From a bacterium (lineage in GTDB: Bacteria > Cyanobacteriota > Vampirovibrionia > Gastranaerophilales > JBAXKC01), in the NCBI GenBank assembly GCA_037137535.1, contig JBAXKC010000038.1:1-23158 (forward strand): 23,158 bases of DNA, in the 5' to 3' direction. Under the pieces are notes generated by a model. It was not told the DNA's origin and made no database searches. It was given only the letters and a program-made list of their open reading frames with translations. The position numbers were made by a program, and so were the translations under genes. This document shows, one piece after another, positions 1 to 9,795 of the stretch; the first letter of the stretch is position 1, and the number at the start of each line of letters is the position of its first letter.

Positions 1-151
1 GATAAGGGTTACCGTTAAAAAATGTTTTTAACCAAACAGCTTCTAATACTTTTAAATTACTTTATCAAAATAGAAATTCTGTTTATAATGTAATAATTTT
101 ATAAACAGTTATTATAATAGCTTAACTTGAAAAGATAATTATGAGGATAAT

Positions 152-1141
152 ATGCGTCAATTTAAACAGTTTAATTTATTTACAATTCTTTTATCTCTAA
201 CTTTAGTTATATTCATTAGCTCTGCTAATAAAGTAACAAGTCAATCTTTGTTAGATTTTAGGAAATTAATTCCCAATAAAGCTGATTCAATTAAAATTAT
301 ACAAATATCTGATGTTCATTACGAAGAAAAAGCAAATAATCATGGAAAAAGACTGCTTCAAGATTCTGGAGCTATTTTAAGTAAAGCTGTTTCAGAAATA
401 AATAATATTAAAAATACAGATTATGTCATATTTTCTGGGGATATGATTAATAGCCCTGATGAAAAAGAATTAAATAAATTTTTAAGCATAATCAAAACAA
501 TAAAATATCCTTGGGCTGCAATAGTTGGAAACCATGATGTTGCAATTTTTGGAAAATTAACAAAACAGCACTATATGAATATTTTGAATGAGGCGAACTG
601 TAATATTCCTAATGAAAGGTATTATTCCTTTAGTCCTAAGCCTAATTGGCTTATTATAGGACTTGATGGCGTTATTGATAATATGATTAGTGCCAATGGA
701 AAGTTTGATAAAGAAGAATTAAAGTGGCTAGATAATCAATTAACTTTAAACAAAGATAAGCATGTAATAATTTTTCAACACTTCCCAATTGTTGAGCCAT
801 ATAAAAGTGCTACTCATAAAGTGTTAAATGTGGATGATTACCTAAATATAATAAATAATCATAAAAATGTCGTTGCTGTTCTTGCCGGGCATTATCATGC
901 TGCAAAAGTTGATGTAGTTAATAATATTGCATATATAGCAACTCCAGCTCTTGTTCAATTTCCAAATGCATACAGAATTTTAGACTTTGAAGAAAAAAAT
1001 GGGAAAATTATTATAAAAACTCAAATTAAACAAGTTAACTATAAAACTTTAAATGCTGATTTTGCAAAACAATGCAAAGAAGAACCTCTTAATTGCGGTA
1101 ATTCTAACGACAGAAACGCAATAATTGAACTTAAAAAATAA
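152..1141 (+). CDS. Calcineurin-like metallophosphoesterase (Icc/CpdA-like) with N-terminal signal peptide/anchor
   Basis: All metal-binding motifs visible: SDVH, SGDM, GNHD, QHFP, GHYH. Hydrophobic N-terminus. GAGG RBS upstream. Confidence 0.9.
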   Translation: MRQFKQFNLFTILLSLTLVIFISSANKVTSQSLLDFRKLIPNKADSIKIIQISDVHYEEKANNHGKRLLQDSGAILSKAVSEINNIKNTDYVIFSGDMINSPDEKELNKFLSIIKTIKYPWAAIVGNHDVAIFGKLTKQHYMNILNEANCNIPNERYYSFSPKPNWLIIGLDGVIDNMISANGKFDKEELKWLDNQLTLNKDKHVIIFQHFPIVEPYKSATHKVLNVDDYLNIINNHKNVVAVLAGHYHAAKVDVVNNIAYIATPALVQFPNAYRILDFEEKNGKIIIKTQIKQVNYKTLNADFAKQCKEEPLNCGNSNDRNAIIELKK

Positions 1142-1255
1142 GTTTGATTTTAAATGTAACATATTTGAAACAATTTTAAAAAACAAATTAAGAACTAGCA
1201 ATTTTTCCACCCGTATATACTTTATATATATGTAGATGTAGTAAAGGACAAGAAA

Positions 1256-1381
1256 ATGAATAATTCATCATTAAATTTAATAAAATTTCTTAATTCTAAA
1301 GATAAAGTTAAAGTTGATGATTTATTATTTGATTTTGACAATGTAATAGATATTAATACAAAGAAAAATATTAAATTTTAA
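1256..1381 (+). CDS. Putative 41-aa small protein (MNNSSLNLIKFLNSKDKVKVDDLLFDFDNVIDINTKKNIKF)
   Basis: Manual translation. AAAGGA RBS just upstream of ATG 1256, stop-free in very AT-rich DNA, terminator follows. Not in the ORF track. Confidence 0.45.
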   Translation: MNNSSLNLIKFLNSKDKVKVDDLLFDFDNVIDINTKKNIKF

Positions 1382-1416
1382 TTTCAAAGAATTCAATATA
1401 AATAAACACAGCACTT

Positions 1417-1449
1417 AAAACCCCTTCATTTTTGAAGGGGCTTTTTTTT
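1417..1449. terminator. Bidirectional intrinsic terminator between convergent genes
   Basis: AAAA-CCCCTTCA-TTTT-TGAAGGGG-C-T8, located 3 nt from the argH stop. Confidence 0.85.
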
Positions 1450-1451
1450 AC

Positions 1452-2819
1452 CTATAAAATTTCTTGATAACGTTCTATTATCTTTTTCATTGTTTCTTCA
1501 GATGGTCCACCTGTAATAGAACGCTTATTTACACATTCTATTAATGAGATGGCTTTATATATGTCATTATCAAATATAGAAGAAAAGGTTTTATATTCAT
1601 CAATTGTCAGTTCTTCAAGACTTTTATTGCTTTTAATACAATATAAAACAATTTTGCCGATGATTTCATGACAATCTCTAAAAGCAACACCTTTTTTCAC
1701 TAGATAATCAGCAGCATCCGTTGCATTAGTAAAGCCTTTACCTGATTCTAAATACATTTTTTCTTTATTGAACTTCATAGTTCTAATCATTTCTGTAAAA
1801 ACAGGCAAGGTAATATTTAAGGTATCAACTGCATCAAATATCACTTCCTTATCTTCCTGCATGTCTTTGTTATAGGCTAATGGTAAGGATTTCATTGTAG
1901 TTAAAAGAGACACTAAATCACCGTAAACTCTTCCTGTTTTTCCTCTGGTAAGTTCAGCAATATCAGGGTTTTTCTTTTGTGGCATTATGCTACTGCCTGT
2001 ACTAAAAGCATCATCAATTTCTACAAATCCAAATTCATTGGTATTCCAAAGTATTATTTCTTCACTAAATCTGCTTAAATGCATCATAATCATTGAGGCA
2101 CATGACAAAAACTCTATTGCAAAATCCCTGTCAGAAACAGCATCAAGACTGTTTTGCGTAATATTATCAAAACCTAATAAATCAGCTACATAGGATCGGT
2201 CTAAAGGGTAAGTTGTTGAAGCTAAAGCTCCTGATCCAAGAGGTAATATATTAGTTCTTTTATAACAATCACTTAATCTTTCAATATCTCTCTTAAACAT
2301 CTCAAAATACGCCATATAATGATGGGCAAGTGTTATTGGCTGTGCTTTTTGCATGTGAGTGTAGCCTGGTATAATTGTAGTTAAATTTTCTTTAGAAATA
2401 TTTAGTAATACAGATTGAAGTGTTTTTAAATTATTTTGAACGGTATTAATTTGTTCTTTCATGTACATTCTTAAATCTAGTGCTACTTGATCGTTTCTGC
2501 TTCTTCCTGTATGAAGTTTTTTCCCTACTTCGCCTATTTTTTCAATTAATAAAGATTCGATATTCATGTGTATATCTTCACAGGACACATCAAATTGAAT
2601 TTTACCTTTTTCGATTTCTTCAAGTATAAGGTTCAATCCTTTTTCGATTGTTTTTGCTTCCTCTTGAGGAATTATATCCTGTTTACCGAGCATTTGCACA
2701 TGAGCAATGCTTCCTAAAATATCTTGCTTATATAATCTGCAATCAAAATTAATTGAGGCATTAAATTCATCTGTAAGTTTGTCTGTAGATTTCTCGAATC
2801 TTCCACTCCAAAGTTTCAT
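1452..2819 (-). CDS. argH: Argininosuccinate lyase
   Basis: MKLWSGRF N-terminus, [20 protein letters not shown], signature [22 protein letters not shown]. Confidence 0.98.
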   Translation of the reverse strand: MKLWSGRFEKSTDKLTDEFNASINFDCRLYKQDILGSIAHVQMLGKQDIIPQEEAKTIEKGLNLILEEIEKGKIQFDVSCEDIHMNIESLLIEKIGEVGKKLHTGRSRNDQVALDLRMYMKEQINTVQNNLKTLQSVLLNISKENLTTIIPGYTHMQKAQPITLAHHYMAYFEMFKRDIERLSDCYKRTNILPLGSGALASTTYPLDRSYVADLLGFDNITQNSLDAVSDRDFAIEFLSCASMIMMHLSRFSEEIILWNTNEFGFVEIDDAFSTGSSIMPQKKNPDIAELTRGKTGRVYGDLVSLLTTMKSLPLAYNKDMQEDKEVIFDAVDTLNITLPVFTEMIRTMKFNKEKMYLESGKGFTNATDAADYLVKKGVAFRDCHEIIGKIVLYCIKSNKSLEELTIDEYKTFSSIFDNDIYKAISLIECVNKRSITGGPSEETMKKIIERYQEIL

Positions 2820-2831
2820 AAATGGCTCCCG

Positions 2832-2858
2832 ATATAACTTTTTAATGTAAAGTTATAT
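2832..2858. promoter_or_regulatory. Inverted repeat immediately upstream of the argH RBS (possible operator or leader hairpin)
   Basis: ATATAACTTT-N7-AAAGTTATAT with perfect 10-bp arms, adjacent to the minus-strand GGGAG RBS. Confidence 0.35.
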
Positions 2859-2947
2859 TTTAGCCAACTTAACGTTAATGTGCAATAAAAATAATATCCT
2901 AGCAATATTTAAATTCCCAATAAATATTATTCAATCATAAATTTCAC

Positions 2948-2980
2948 AAAAAAAAGTTACTGAACTTACAGTAACTTTTT
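2948..2980 (-). terminator. Intrinsic terminator of the oprB-MCP unit
   Basis: AAAAAGTTACTG-aactta-CAGTAACTTTTT, giving a U8 tail on the minus strand just after the MCP stop. Confidence 0.8.
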
Positions 2981-3003
2981 ATTAAATATTTATTTGTATT
3001 ATA

Positions 3004-5142
3004 TTAAACTTTGAATTGTGATATTTGCTCTTTGAGCTTAATAGCAACAGCTGAGAGTATATTTGAGCTTGCTCCGACTTCCTCTGCAATAGCCATTTGC
3101 TCCTGCGCAGTAGCTGAGATTTCTTCAGACAATGATCCAGACTGTTCTATTATAGCCGCCATATTTTCCAGGTGAGACGTTACGTTATCTGAATTTTGTT
3201 TTAATGTTTCTAGTTCGCTTGATACTTGTCTAATATCACTATTAGTTGAAATAGCTGCATCTTTTATTGAACTAAGATCATAACCTACTTCTTCTATTTT
3301 TAAAATACCTTCATCTATTGATTCTAGACAATCTTTAATTTCAACAACTAATGCTTCTGTTTGAGCTTTGATGTTTGCAATCATTTTATTAATTTCTTGT
3401 GTAGCAGTCGATGATTGAACCGCTAATGCTCTTACTTCTGTTGCAACAACAGCAAAACCTTTTCCAAATTGACCCGCTCTTGCAGCTTCTATTGAAGCAT
3501 TAAGGGAAATTAAATTAGTCTGAGCTGATATTGTATTAATAATATTTACAATTGTTCCAATATTACCAGTTGTTTGACTTAATAGGTTTATTGTTTGAGA
3601 AACCTTAAGAGTAGTAGCTTTAATATTATTAATTTTTTCTATAGAAGTTACCGAAGAATCATATCCTTTTTTAGCCTTATCAGTTGTTAAGTTTGCCAGA
3701 TTAATCGTATTTTCTATATTAAAAAAAATATGAGCTGTTGATTCATTTATATTCTTTAAATTATTCAAGATATCATTAATTCTAATTGATTGCTCAGTTG
3801 CACCTTTTGCTAGTTCTGTAACACCTAATGCAACCTGCTGAATTCCATTAGCTGATTCACTGGCATTGTTTGACAAAGCTAATGCGTTATCAGCAAGATC
3901 AACTGATGAACTATTAAAATCTTTTATCATTGTTGACAGACTTTTCACAAATTTATTTACAGATTTATTTAATGTTCCTATTTCTGTTTTATCATTATTT
4001 TCATCTATTTTAATAGTAAGATCTTTATCTGTAAGTTTACCCATTGAAATAATCAGATTTTCAATAGGAGTAGACATAATGCGTCCCATTTGAATAGCTA
4101 ATGTAGATGCTATCGCTAAAATAGCAATTGTAATAAAAAACATTAATGATTTTAAATTATTAACACTTTCCATTACTTCCGACTCAGGCACAGTTACTAC
4201 AAGGATATAACCATTATGTAGTTTTGAAAACGCCATAAGATTATGATTGAAATTTATTATACCTGATTTTTGTTCTTGTATTTGATTAACTATAGGCTTA
4301 TATAAACCTTTTTTTACATTAGCAAAGTTATCAGTCAACTTATACTCTTTGCTTGCTGCGAAAATAAGACTTTTACTTAATAAAAATGCAGAACCTGTTT
4401 TATAAAGTTTAATGTTATTAATTTCTTTTGCACAATTCCCATAAGCTAGATCAGTGCCAACTAACCCTATTACCTCACTTTGTGTATCTTTAGGATTTTT
4501 AAATACTGTGTGATAATAACTTACTACAGGAATTTTAAGTGTTGGCTCAATATTAGGCTCATCCCAGCGACTTAAAGTTCTAGAGTCTAACATTGCGTAA
4601 AACCAGCCCATACTTGGGTCAGTTCTCGAAAATGTTTTTATATTTTCTTTGCCATCATAAATATTCATTTTAGTATATTTGCCATTATCTGCAACATACC
4701 ATGCACCAGCTGCAAAACCAGCTTTAACAGGAATTATTCTTCTAAGATCAAGGTCTCCATATATACCAAGTACATTAGGTGTAATTTGAAGAAAAGCTTT
4801 TATTCCGGGAGCAAAGACATTATCTCTATATTGTTTTGCATAGTGATAATTATTGAATTGTTTTGTATCAAAAGTAGATTGCATAAATGCAGAAAATCCA
4901 TCTATAGATCGTTCAACTTCAATAAAATACTTATCTACTTTTTTAGCTTCATTGTTAGCTGTCAAAAGTAAGTTGTTTTTTGATTGCTCGCTTAACGAGC
5001 TAGAGGCATTATTAATGCTTATAACACTAATCAACAAACATGAACCTACCGAAATAGCCAAAGTAGAAACAATAATTCTCGATTTTATTGTTTGAAAAGA
5101 AAGGTGGTTTTTAAAAACACTTTTCCACATATTATTTATCAC
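3004..5142 (-). CDS. Methyl-accepting chemotaxis protein (TM - Cache-like periplasmic sensor - TM - HAMP - signalling domain)
   Basis: Signalling tip [34 protein letters not shown], two TM segments, HAMP (PIENL...DLT...EIGTL), dCache-like WF..W.EP and GLVGTDL motifs. Confidence 0.95.
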   Translation of the reverse strand: MINNMWKSVFKNHLSFQTIKSRIIVSTLAISVGSCLLISVISINNASSSLSEQSKNNLLLTANNEAKKVDKYFIEVERSIDGFSAFMQSTFDTKQFNNYHYAKQYRDNVFAPGIKAFLQITPNVLGIYGDLDLRRIIPVKAGFAAGAWYVADNGKYTKMNIYDGKENIKTFSRTDPSMGWFYAMLDSRTLSRWDEPNIEPTLKIPVVSYYHTVFKNPKDTQSEVIGLVGTDLAYGNCAKEINNIKLYKTGSAFLLSKSLIFAASKEYKLTDNFANVKKGLYKPIVNQIQEQKSGIINFNHNLMAFSKLHNGYILVVTVPESEVMESVNNLKSLMFFITIAILAIASTLAIQMGRIMSTPIENLIISMGKLTDKDLTIKIDENNDKTEIGTLNKSVNKFVKSLSTMIKDFNSSSVDLADNALALSNNASESANGIQQVALGVTELAKGATEQSIRINDILNNLKNINESTAHIFFNIENTINLANLTTDKAKKGYDSSVTSIEKINNIKATTLKVSQTINLLSQTTGNIGTIVNIINTISAQTNLISLNASIEAARAGQFGKGFAVVATEVRALAVQSSTATQEINKMIANIKAQTEALVVEIKDCLESIDEGILKIEEVGYDLSSIKDAAISTNSDIRQVSSELETLKQNSDNVTSHLENMAAIIEQSGSLSEEISATAQEQMAIAEEVGASSNILSAVAIKLKEQISQFKV

Positions 5143-5165
5143 CTTAATTCCTATAATTCCCTAAG

Positions 5166-6638
5166 CTAAAAAGTAAAAACTGTTCTTAATCCAAATATTG
5201 TTGCATTACAACCAGTACCACCAGGTTTTACTACATACTGAAAGTCTGGCTGAATAGAGAACCAAGGTGTTACTGCAAAGTTATAAAAAGTTTCTATAGC
5301 CTTTTCGTCATGCATTTTTGTTCCGCCCTCGGAAGAAAGATTTTTTGAGTCTCTGCTTAAATTAGCATAATACCAGCTTACGCCAAGTAAATCTTTATCT
5401 CTCTTTGGAATTAAACCTTTATAAGTTGCGCCTAAAGAATAATAAGCAGTTATTAAATTTCTATCCGATGGACATTTTCCAAATCGACTATTTATTGTTA
5501 AGCCTTGCTCAGCATCATGTTTTTCATTTGTGATTTTTTGCTCAAATCCTAAATAAAGACCTCTATTAGAATGAGCTAAATCTCCATTATATACTTTTTC
5601 CCAATTAGCAGAATGAATGTATGAACCTAAATAATATTTACCTGAATGATCTTTTATTGTTGGAGTATATGCAGCTTCCATTGCTGTTACATAATGACCT
5701 CTGCCATTGAAAAAACCAGCAGGTGAATGAGTTCCAGGCTTAGGAGAACCTTCATAGACACCAACTTTTAAACTTGTGTTATCAGTCGGCTTAATTTCGT
5801 TTAAAATACCAAAACCGGCATAAGGAGTTGCAGGCAAAAGATAGGCTTGAGTTAACATAGGATTATCAACCATACCAAAATTAACAAAACTTGAACGAGT
5901 TGCTTGATAGTCAAATTCATTAAGTGTCGAATCACGACCAATTTTTATTCTATAGTGGTTGTTAAATAATTTCTGTTGATACCAGTATTGCGTTAATTGA
6001 TGTCTTTGGGTATATCCATCTAGTGAAGTTACATCCGCAGTATCACCTATCTCATCTAAAGACATTCCTGTTTTTCCATAAAGTTCTGCCGCTGTATAGA
6101 AGGTTCCACCTTTCCAAAGACCTGCTTTTTCAGTATCAAGAGTTGCACCATAATAAAGGTAAGGCAGCAACATGGCTTTTTTTCCATTTTTTCTTTCTTC
6201 ATAACCACCTCTGGTTTTCAAAAGGTTATCCATATAATAATAGCCTTCAAAAGAAAGACCATGATCCTCGAGTTTTCCTCTTAATCCATGCCAATTACCT
6301 GTTGCTCTATCTTGTTTAACCCAAGCCTTTAAAACATTTTCCTTATGTGGTACTTGCTCTTCTTGTAATTTAAGCTGAATTTCATCCTTACTAACACCTG
6401 TTTTTATTTGATTGGATACATTCAGCTCATTTGATGGAGCTGGGGGCATAGCGTTAGAGTATTGAAATTTAATATTTTGATTAACTTGTGGAGCTTGCTC
6501 ACCTTGAATACTATTTGTTAATTTAAAGGGTGAAACTATTTCTGATTGATTTGAATTTAACTCAGCAGCTACCACTTGTAATTGAGATTGAAACGAAATC
6601 ACTGCAAGTAAAGCCGCAGATAATAAAACTCTTTTCAT
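5166..6638 (-). CDS. Carbohydrate-selective porin, OprB family
   Basis: Signal peptide, ATGNWHGLRGKLEDHG (OprB-type start), DTEKAGLWKGG, IETFYNF...IQPDFQYVVKPGG, terminal Phe. Confidence 0.88.
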   Translation of the reverse strand: MKRVLLSAALLAVISFQSQLQVVAAELNSNQSEIVSPFKLTNSIQGEQAPQVNQNIKFQYSNAMPPAPSNELNVSNQIKTGVSKDEIQLKLQEEQVPHKENVLKAWVKQDRATGNWHGLRGKLEDHGLSFEGYYYMDNLLKTRGGYEERKNGKKAMLLPYLYYGATLDTEKAGLWKGGTFYTAAELYGKTGMSLDEIGDTADVTSLDGYTQRHQLTQYWYQQKLFNNHYRIKIGRDSTLNEFDYQATRSSFVNFGMVDNPMLTQAYLLPATPYAGFGILNEIKPTDNTSLKVGVYEGSPKPGTHSPAGFFNGRGHYVTAMEAAYTPTIKDHSGKYYLGSYIHSANWEKVYNGDLAHSNRGLYLGFEQKITNEKHDAEQGLTINSRFGKCPSDRNLITAYYSLGATYKGLIPKRDKDLLGVSWYYANLSRDSKNLSSEGGTKMHDEKAIETFYNFAVTPWFSIQPDFQYVVKPGGTGCNATIFGLRTVFTF

Positions 6639-6769
6639 TATTACTCCATATTATAAAATCCAGCCTTTACAATAATAATCATATTCTATGCTTTTGTCTA
6701 GGTATTTTAACTTTAAACACTTTTGTTTTTGCCAAAATGGAAGCAAAACTTAAAGTTACAATCCATGCC

Positions 6770-7192
6770 CCTGCGAGAGTAGCGATACATATGAAAATGA
6801 TTCAAGTTACGTCCTTTGATTTTCTTACCAGCATCAAAACCTTTTCTGTTTTTGCAAGTGTTGTTTTTAATGATTGACTGTGAATTATTAACACATAATG
6901 AATTTCGTCCTTGATTTTTTTTACGAGCTAAACCCACAACATTATTATGCATATTTTCAGAAGTTCAATCCAATGACAATTTTATAAAATAATCAAAAAC
7001 TGTTTTAGTAGGTGGTAAATCCTTTGGTAGTTGTCGCTATTGGCAACGGCTCTCATTCTGTAGATTATGGGAGTAATAATCTCTCTAATCTAGTGTTTAC
7101 GCGAATACCCACCAGGTTTTGTTGGTGGCATATATTCTTTTTAAGTTTACTATTCTTTGTTTGTTACATCACTCGGATATGCTTTATTCCAT
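6770..7192 (-). pseudogene. Decayed IS5-family (IS1031-like) transposase relic
   Basis: Across frames on the minus strand: KAYPSDVTNKE*, PPTKPGGYSRKH*IREII, CQ*RQLPKDLPPTKTVFDYF, IIHSQSLKTT, GFDAGKKIKGR. These match the IS5 motif series YPSD..W / GCQWR.LP..FPP..TV / IDSQSVKTT / GYDAGKK.KGRK in the correct order, with many stops and frameshifts. End coordinates approximate. Confidence 0.85.
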
Positions 7193-7340
7193 GTAATCGA
7201 GCCTTTCTTTACATACTCGACAACAATATGACACATTTTTTATTAATTATTAGGCAGCTTAGATTAATAAATTGAAATGCTTTTGATTTAAAAAAAAACA
7301 TTTAATATTTATATAATTAAAATTAATGTTCAAAAAAATT

Positions 7341-7382
7341 TTAAGCTTTAATTTACGGTTATAGCCGCAAATTAAAGCTTAA
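7341..7382. repeat. 42-bp inverted repeat in the divergent intergenic region
   Basis: TTAAGCTTTAATTT-a-CGG-ttatag-CCG-c-AAATTAAAGCTTAA, 14-bp perfect arms. Confidence 0.8.
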
Positions 7383-7516
7383 TTCAGTTATCTGCTAATT
7401 CGAGTTAATTATAAAGTACTTTTAAAAAAAAGCAATTTATAATCTTTAGTTCACTTTATTATATTAGTGTAGAATAGAAATACAATCAAAACATTAGATA
7501 TTTAAAAGGATTATTT

Positions 7517-8566
7517 ATGGTAAGCAAAGCAATGATCATGGCGGCAGGAGCAGGTTCTAGATTAAATCCATTGACTTTAGAAGTCCCAAAGCCTTTAATA
7601 CCTGTAGCAAACTCTCCTGTTATGGAAATAACAGTAAATCACCTTATAAAGTATGGTATTACAGATATTGTTGCCAATACTCATACTTTGGCGTCACAAA
7701 TACACGATAAATTTAAAGATAATGAATCTATTAACTTTGAATATGTATATGAAGGTCAATTGTCTGGTACAGCTGGTGGTGTTAAAAAGTGCGAATACTT
7801 TTTTGACAAGGGTGAAGACTTTATTGTAATAAGTGGAGATGCTTTAACTGATATTAATTTGAATACTATAATTAATGCCCATAAAAATAATAACGCAATC
7901 GCTACAATTGCTCTAAAAGAAGTGCCAATAGAAGACGTTCATTTATATGGTGTTGTTATTACTGATGAAAATTCTAAAATTACTGAATTCCAAGAAAAAC
8001 CTCCTGTTGAAGAGGCTAAAAGCAATCTTGTAAATACAGGTATTTATGTTTTTAATTCAAAAATTTTCGATTATATTCCAATAAGTAGTTTTTATGATTT
8101 TGCAAAAAATGTATTTCCTGCCTTACTTGAAAATAATGAAAAATTTCATGGATTTAAAATTGATGACTATTGGAACGATATAGGTACCTTTGAACAATAT
8201 AAAGCGACTACTGTAGATATTTTACTTAATAAAGTAAAAGTTGATGTTCCACATCTTGATTTTGAAAACGGATGGCATTGCGAAAGCTGTAAAGTCTGCG
8301 AATGTGTAGAATTTTATGGAAAAGCAATTGTCGGAAGTAATTCCGTAATAGAAAATAAGGTTAAGATCTATGGAAATTGTGTTATTGGCAATAATTGCAC
8401 GATAAAAGCAAATGCCGTATTAAAAGATGTTATTCTCTGGGATAATATTACTATTGAAGAAAATGCTCATTTAGAAAATTGTATTATCGGAAATGATGTA
8501 ACGATAGCTTCTTTTGAAAAGCTAAACGGTGAAATAATTACAAATAGTCAATTAAGCAAAATTTAG
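7517..8566 (+). CDS. NDP-sugar pyrophosphorylase with C-terminal left-handed beta-helix (mannose-1-phosphate guanylyltransferase-like)
   Basis: AMIMAAGAGSRLNPLT..PKPLIPV, GTAGG, SGDAL, FQEKP, YWNDIGT, hexapeptide repeats. Confidence 0.9.
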   Translation: MVSKAMIMAAGAGSRLNPLTLEVPKPLIPVANSPVMEITVNHLIKYGITDIVANTHTLASQIHDKFKDNESINFEYVYEGQLSGTAGGVKKCEYFFDKGEDFIVISGDALTDINLNTIINAHKNNNAIATIALKEVPIEDVHLYGVVITDENSKITEFQEKPPVEEAKSNLVNTGIYVFNSKIFDYIPISSFYDFAKNVFPALLENNEKFHGFKIDDYWNDIGTFEQYKATTVDILLNKVKVDVPHLDFENGWHCESCKVCECVEFYGKAIVGSNSVIENKVKIYGNCVIGNNCTIKANAVLKDVILWDNITIEENAHLENCIIGNDVTIASFEKLNGEIITNSQLSKI

Positions 8567-8607
8567 TTATTGTGTTACAAATATATTAAGTGTTTATAGT
8601 TGTAGAC

Positions 8608-8636
8608 TTGTCTAAATATTTTGATATATTTATAAT
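8608..8636 (+). promoter_or_regulatory. Sigma70-type promoter for the wza operon
   Basis: TTGTCT-17 nt-TATAAT ending 34 nt before the wza ATG. Palindrome TAGACTTGTCTA (8603-8614) overlaps the -35. Confidence 0.6.
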
Positions 8637-8670
8637 TAGCGATATAAGAAAGTAATGGAAGTTTAAGTAT

Positions 8671-9783
8671 ATGTATAAGCGAATAATATTAACTTTATTA
8701 GCATTAAGCATTATTTCTACAAATGTGAATAATGCTGTTCATGCTGAAAATTCAAAGCTATTAACATGTTCTATCTCTCAATTAGCCGCAAGAAGCTATA
8801 TTTTAGGGCCTAATGATGTAATTAGTATTTCAGTATACGACTCTCCCGAATTTGAACAAAAAAGCATTAGAGTTCAGCCTAATGGCACTATTGTCGTATC
8901 TCCGTTAGGTGTCTTAAATGTCTCAGGAATGAGTATTTCTGAGTTAGATAAAGTTCTATACCAAAAATATAAATATTATTTGAATGATCCTCAAATAACA
9001 ATAAATCTTGAAAGAACAAAATCATTTATTGTTTACGTTTCAGGAGCAGTTCAAAATCCGGGAAGTTATGAATTAAATACGGATACTTCAACATCACAAA
9101 CTCAAAGTGGTGGTAGTAAGCCGGAAACATTGATTGAAAGAAAGACTCCTTTGCTTTCAAATATATTAGTAGCATCGGGCGGACTTTCTTACGATGCTGA
9201 TTTAGAGCACGTTAAAATTACTAATAATTTTGATAAATCAGAATTTGAAGTTAATTTATTTAAAATGATAGAAAATGGGGATACAACACAAGATATATAC
9301 CTTATTGCCGGTGATTCAATTTATATTCCTAAATTATTATCTCCTTTTGCTATAGATGAAAAAAAATATAAGAAATATATGACTTCAACAATAGCACAGC
9401 GTGAAATTCCGGTAAGAGTCTTCGGTTATGTAAATAACCCCGGACAAATTAATTTGAATTCATCCAAATCACTTTACTTAAACTCTGCTATTATTCAAGC
9501 AGGTGGCTATCCTAAGGATTCTGCATACGCACCAAGTTATGTTTATTTAAGTAGAATTGATAACAATGATAAACTTATTACTAAAAAAGTTGATCCTATG
9601 AATAAAGAAATTGTTTTATACCCTAATGATTTAATTTATGTTCCGGAAAAACCTCGTCCGTTATTTGCAAAAGCCTTTGATTATACTACAAGGTTGATAA
9701 GTCCATTTAATGGTGTTGCAAATACTTATAATAACTGGGCTTTAGTATTTAAGCCACTTAGATATCAAGTAATCGGTAAGTAA
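8671..9783 (+). CDS. wza: Polysaccharide export protein (Wza/OPX family, SLBB domains)
   Basis: YILGPNDVISISVY, VQPNGTI..LG...VSG, VYVSGAVQNPGSY, VFGYVNNPG, AGG motifs, amphipathic C-terminal helix. Confidence 0.92.
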   Translation: MYKRIILTLLALSIISTNVNNAVHAENSKLLTCSISQLAARSYILGPNDVISISVYDSPEFEQKSIRVQPNGTIVVSPLGVLNVSGMSISELDKVLYQKYKYYLNDPQITINLERTKSFIVYVSGAVQNPGSYELNTDTSTSQTQSGGSKPETLIERKTPLLSNILVASGGLSYDADLEHVKITNNFDKSEFEVNLFKMIENGDTTQDIYLIAGDSIYIPKLLSPFAIDEKKYKKYMTSTIAQREIPVRVFGYVNNPGQINLNSSKSLYLNSAIIQAGGYPKDSAYAPSYVYLSRIDNNDKLITKKVDPMNKEIVLYPNDLIYVPEKPRPLFAKAFDYTTRLISPFNGVANTYNNWALVFKPLRYQVIGK

Positions 9784-9795
9784 TAAGGTTTAATA

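Noticed and set aside
2860..2947. ArgR ARG boxes upstream of argH
   Set aside because: Only half-site matches in very AT-rich sequence.
1987..6319. Short + strand ORFs at 1987, 3866, 4786, 4853 and 6023
   Set aside because: Antisense to well-supported argH, MCP and oprB genes, with no motifs.
6680..6900. Minus-strand frame with a TM-like stretch interrupted by TGA (possible recoding)
   Set aside because: Upstream part is IS5 sequence (SQSLKTT), and TGA acts as a normal stop elsewhere in the window (e.g. GT4), so no alternative code is indicated.
7009..7142. Riboswitch-like run of hairpins (GTTGTC/GGCAAC, TAGATTA..GGGAG/CTCTC..TAATCTA, CCACCA/TGGTGG with alternative GGTGG pairing)
   Set aside because: Matches no riboswitch consensus I can recognise and lies wholly within the antisense of the IS5 relic, which explains its higher GC. 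An Infernal/Rfam and covariation test would be needed to revive it.
6530..7275. ORFs 6530-6877(+), 6713-6952(-), 7012-7275(+)
   Set aside because: Fragments or antisense shadows of the decayed IS5 transposase, not independent genes.
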